Shown: positions 46,377-47,557 of the stretch, one piece after another
How positions within the stretch are numbered: position 1 is the first letter of the stretch
Layout of the letters: each line of letters begins with the position of its first letter
NCBI GenBank assembly: GCA_033762115.1
Contig: JANRLX010000031.1
Location: 1-47,557 of the forward strand
Direction of reading: 5' to 3'
Origin: Verrucomicrobiota bacterium
GTDB lineage: Bacteria > Verrucomicrobiota > Verrucomicrobiia > Limisphaerales > SXQI01
Length of the DNA: 47,557 bases
The notes under the pieces: model-generated
Database searches by the model: none
What the model was told of the DNA's origin: nothing
What the model saw: the letters and a program-made list of their open reading frames with translations, nothing else
Translations under genes and position numbers: made by a program

Positions 46377-47468
46377 ATGAAACTTGCTCTTATCCGGCGG
46401 CAATTCTCTCCCACGGGCGGGGCTGAGTTGTACCTGGATCGTTTGATTGACCGTCTGACTGGCTCCGGGAATGAGGTGCATCTTTTTTCCGAGAAGTGGG
46501 AAAAGAAGGAGAATGTTCAATTTCATCCGATTGAGGTCAATGGAAGCCGAGGTGAACAGCCGATGGTTTTTGCCCGGAATGTTGCGGCGGCATTGCAGCG
46601 AGAGAAATGGGATTGTGTTTTCAGCCTTGAGCGGACAGTAAAACAGGATGTGTACCGTGCGGGAGATGGTGTTCATCAAGTATGGCTGGAGCGTCGTCGC
46701 GAATTTTCCCCTGCATGGAAACGGTTCTGGATTGGCTGGGGGAACTTTCACCGGACGATGTGTGAACTGGAGCAGGCAGCTTTTCATCCAGCCAACACAT
46801 CACGAATCATCGTGAACTCCGAAATGGTCCGGGCCGAAATTCTTCGGAATTCGCAATTTCCAAATAATCGAATCCACCTGGTCCGAAATGGAATTGATTT
46901 ACGCCGCTTTCAGCATAGAGATCGCGTTGCCATGCGAAAAAAATATGGACTGGAAGAAAGTGCGAAGGTGCTCCTGTTTGTGGGAAGCGGGTGGGAACGG
47001 AAAGGGTTGCGCTATGTGATCCAGGTTTATCGAACATTAAAGGAAAACGGCAGTAATGTGCGGCTCCTGGTTGCTGGAAAAGGGAGACGACCTGCCGGAA
47101 GTGGCGATGTGATTTTCGTCGGGCCGGTGAAAGAGGTGGAGGAGTTGTACACAGCAGCGGACCTGTTTTTGTTTTTACCTATTTATGAACCATCCGCGAA
47201 TGTCTGCATTGAGGCGTTCGCTGCCGGACTGCCGGTTGTAACCACAAGGATGAATGGCGCCAGTGAATTGATTAGAAGTGGAGAGAGCGGAGTCATTGTC
47301 GATGATCCCCGGGAGACTGGGAAAATTGCGGAAGCAACCAGGAGATTACTTTTAAATGGAGTGAAGGTGGCAATCGCTCCTGAGCTGTTGTCACTGGATC
47401 GAAACGTGGCTGAAACCATCGCAGTCCTGAATCTGGCCACCCAGGAACGAAAAGCATCCCGGCAATGA
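46377..47468 (+). CDS. GT4 glycosyltransferase (WaaG/RfaG-like, LPS core)
   Basis: GGAE, RAGDGVH..W, NG.D, FVGSGWERKGL, YEP.ANV..EA.AAGLPV. Confidence 0.88.
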   Translation: MKLALIRRQFSPTGGAELYLDRLIDRLTGSGNEVHLFSEKWEKKENVQFHPIEVNGSRGEQPMVFARNVAAALQREKWDCVFSLERTVKQDVYRAGDGVHQVWLERRREFSPAWKRFWIGWGNFHRTMCELEQAAFHPANTSRIIVNSEMVRAEILRNSQFPNNRIHLVRNGIDLRRFQHRDRVAMRKKYGLEESAKVLLFVGSGWERKGLRYVIQVYRTLKENGSNVRLLVAGKGRRPAGSGDVIFVGPVKEVEELYTAADLFLFLPIYEPSANVCIEAFAAGLPVVTTRMNGASELIRSGESGVIVDDPRETGKIAEATRRLLLNGVKVAIAPELLSLDRNVAETIAVLNLATQERKASRQ

Positions 47469-47557
47469 AAATTTCCTTTGGGATCATTACTTTGAATGAG
47501 GAGCAGAACCTTCCCCGCTGTCTCGAAAGCATCATGAAGGTAGCGGATGAAGTTTGC
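47465..47557 (+). CDS. GT2 glycosyltransferase (WaaE/KdtX-like), partial, runs off the window edge
   Basis: Manual translation MKISFGIITLNEEQNLPRCLESIMKVADEVC; ATGA overlap with the GT4 stop. Confidence 0.8.
   Translation, partial: MKISFGIITLNEEQNLPRCLESIMKVADEVC

Overview
Bacterial chromosomal window, probably from Verrucomicrobiota (Pedosphaera/Limisphaera-like). This is inferred from stand-alone H-X9-DG pseudopilin genes, an rpsL-rpsG-fusA-rpsJ order without tuf, the lack of rpmD, and a long N-terminal extension on S11. Bases 23181-41729 are the contiguous str/S10/spc/alpha ribosomal superoperon, including secY, adk, map, infA, rpmJ (missed by the ORF track) and rpoA. The left arm carries a partial pseudopilin, a tandem SPFH pair, rpoD, a pseudopilin/His-rich secreted protein/BioF-like cassette, a large FN3 protein with a gingipain-like core, a MacAB-type ABC exporter, a glmU-like/dinG/NUDIX/GT2/propeller-histidine-kinase operon and a PmoA-like protein. 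The right arm carries a hypothetical gene, an ABC exporter/partner/matrixin operon and two glycosyltransferases. I saw no rRNA, tRNA, CRISPR array or mobile element. The best leads for novelty are: the His-motif pseudopilin cassette; a C-terminal module shared by two unrelated secreted proteins (possible sorting signal); the gingipain-like domain lacking the His/Cys dyad; the matrixin plus TIMP-like partner; a repeated leaderless-promoter signature; a perfect Rex/CRP-type palindrome; and several structured intergenic elements. All family calls are by eye and were not checked by database search.
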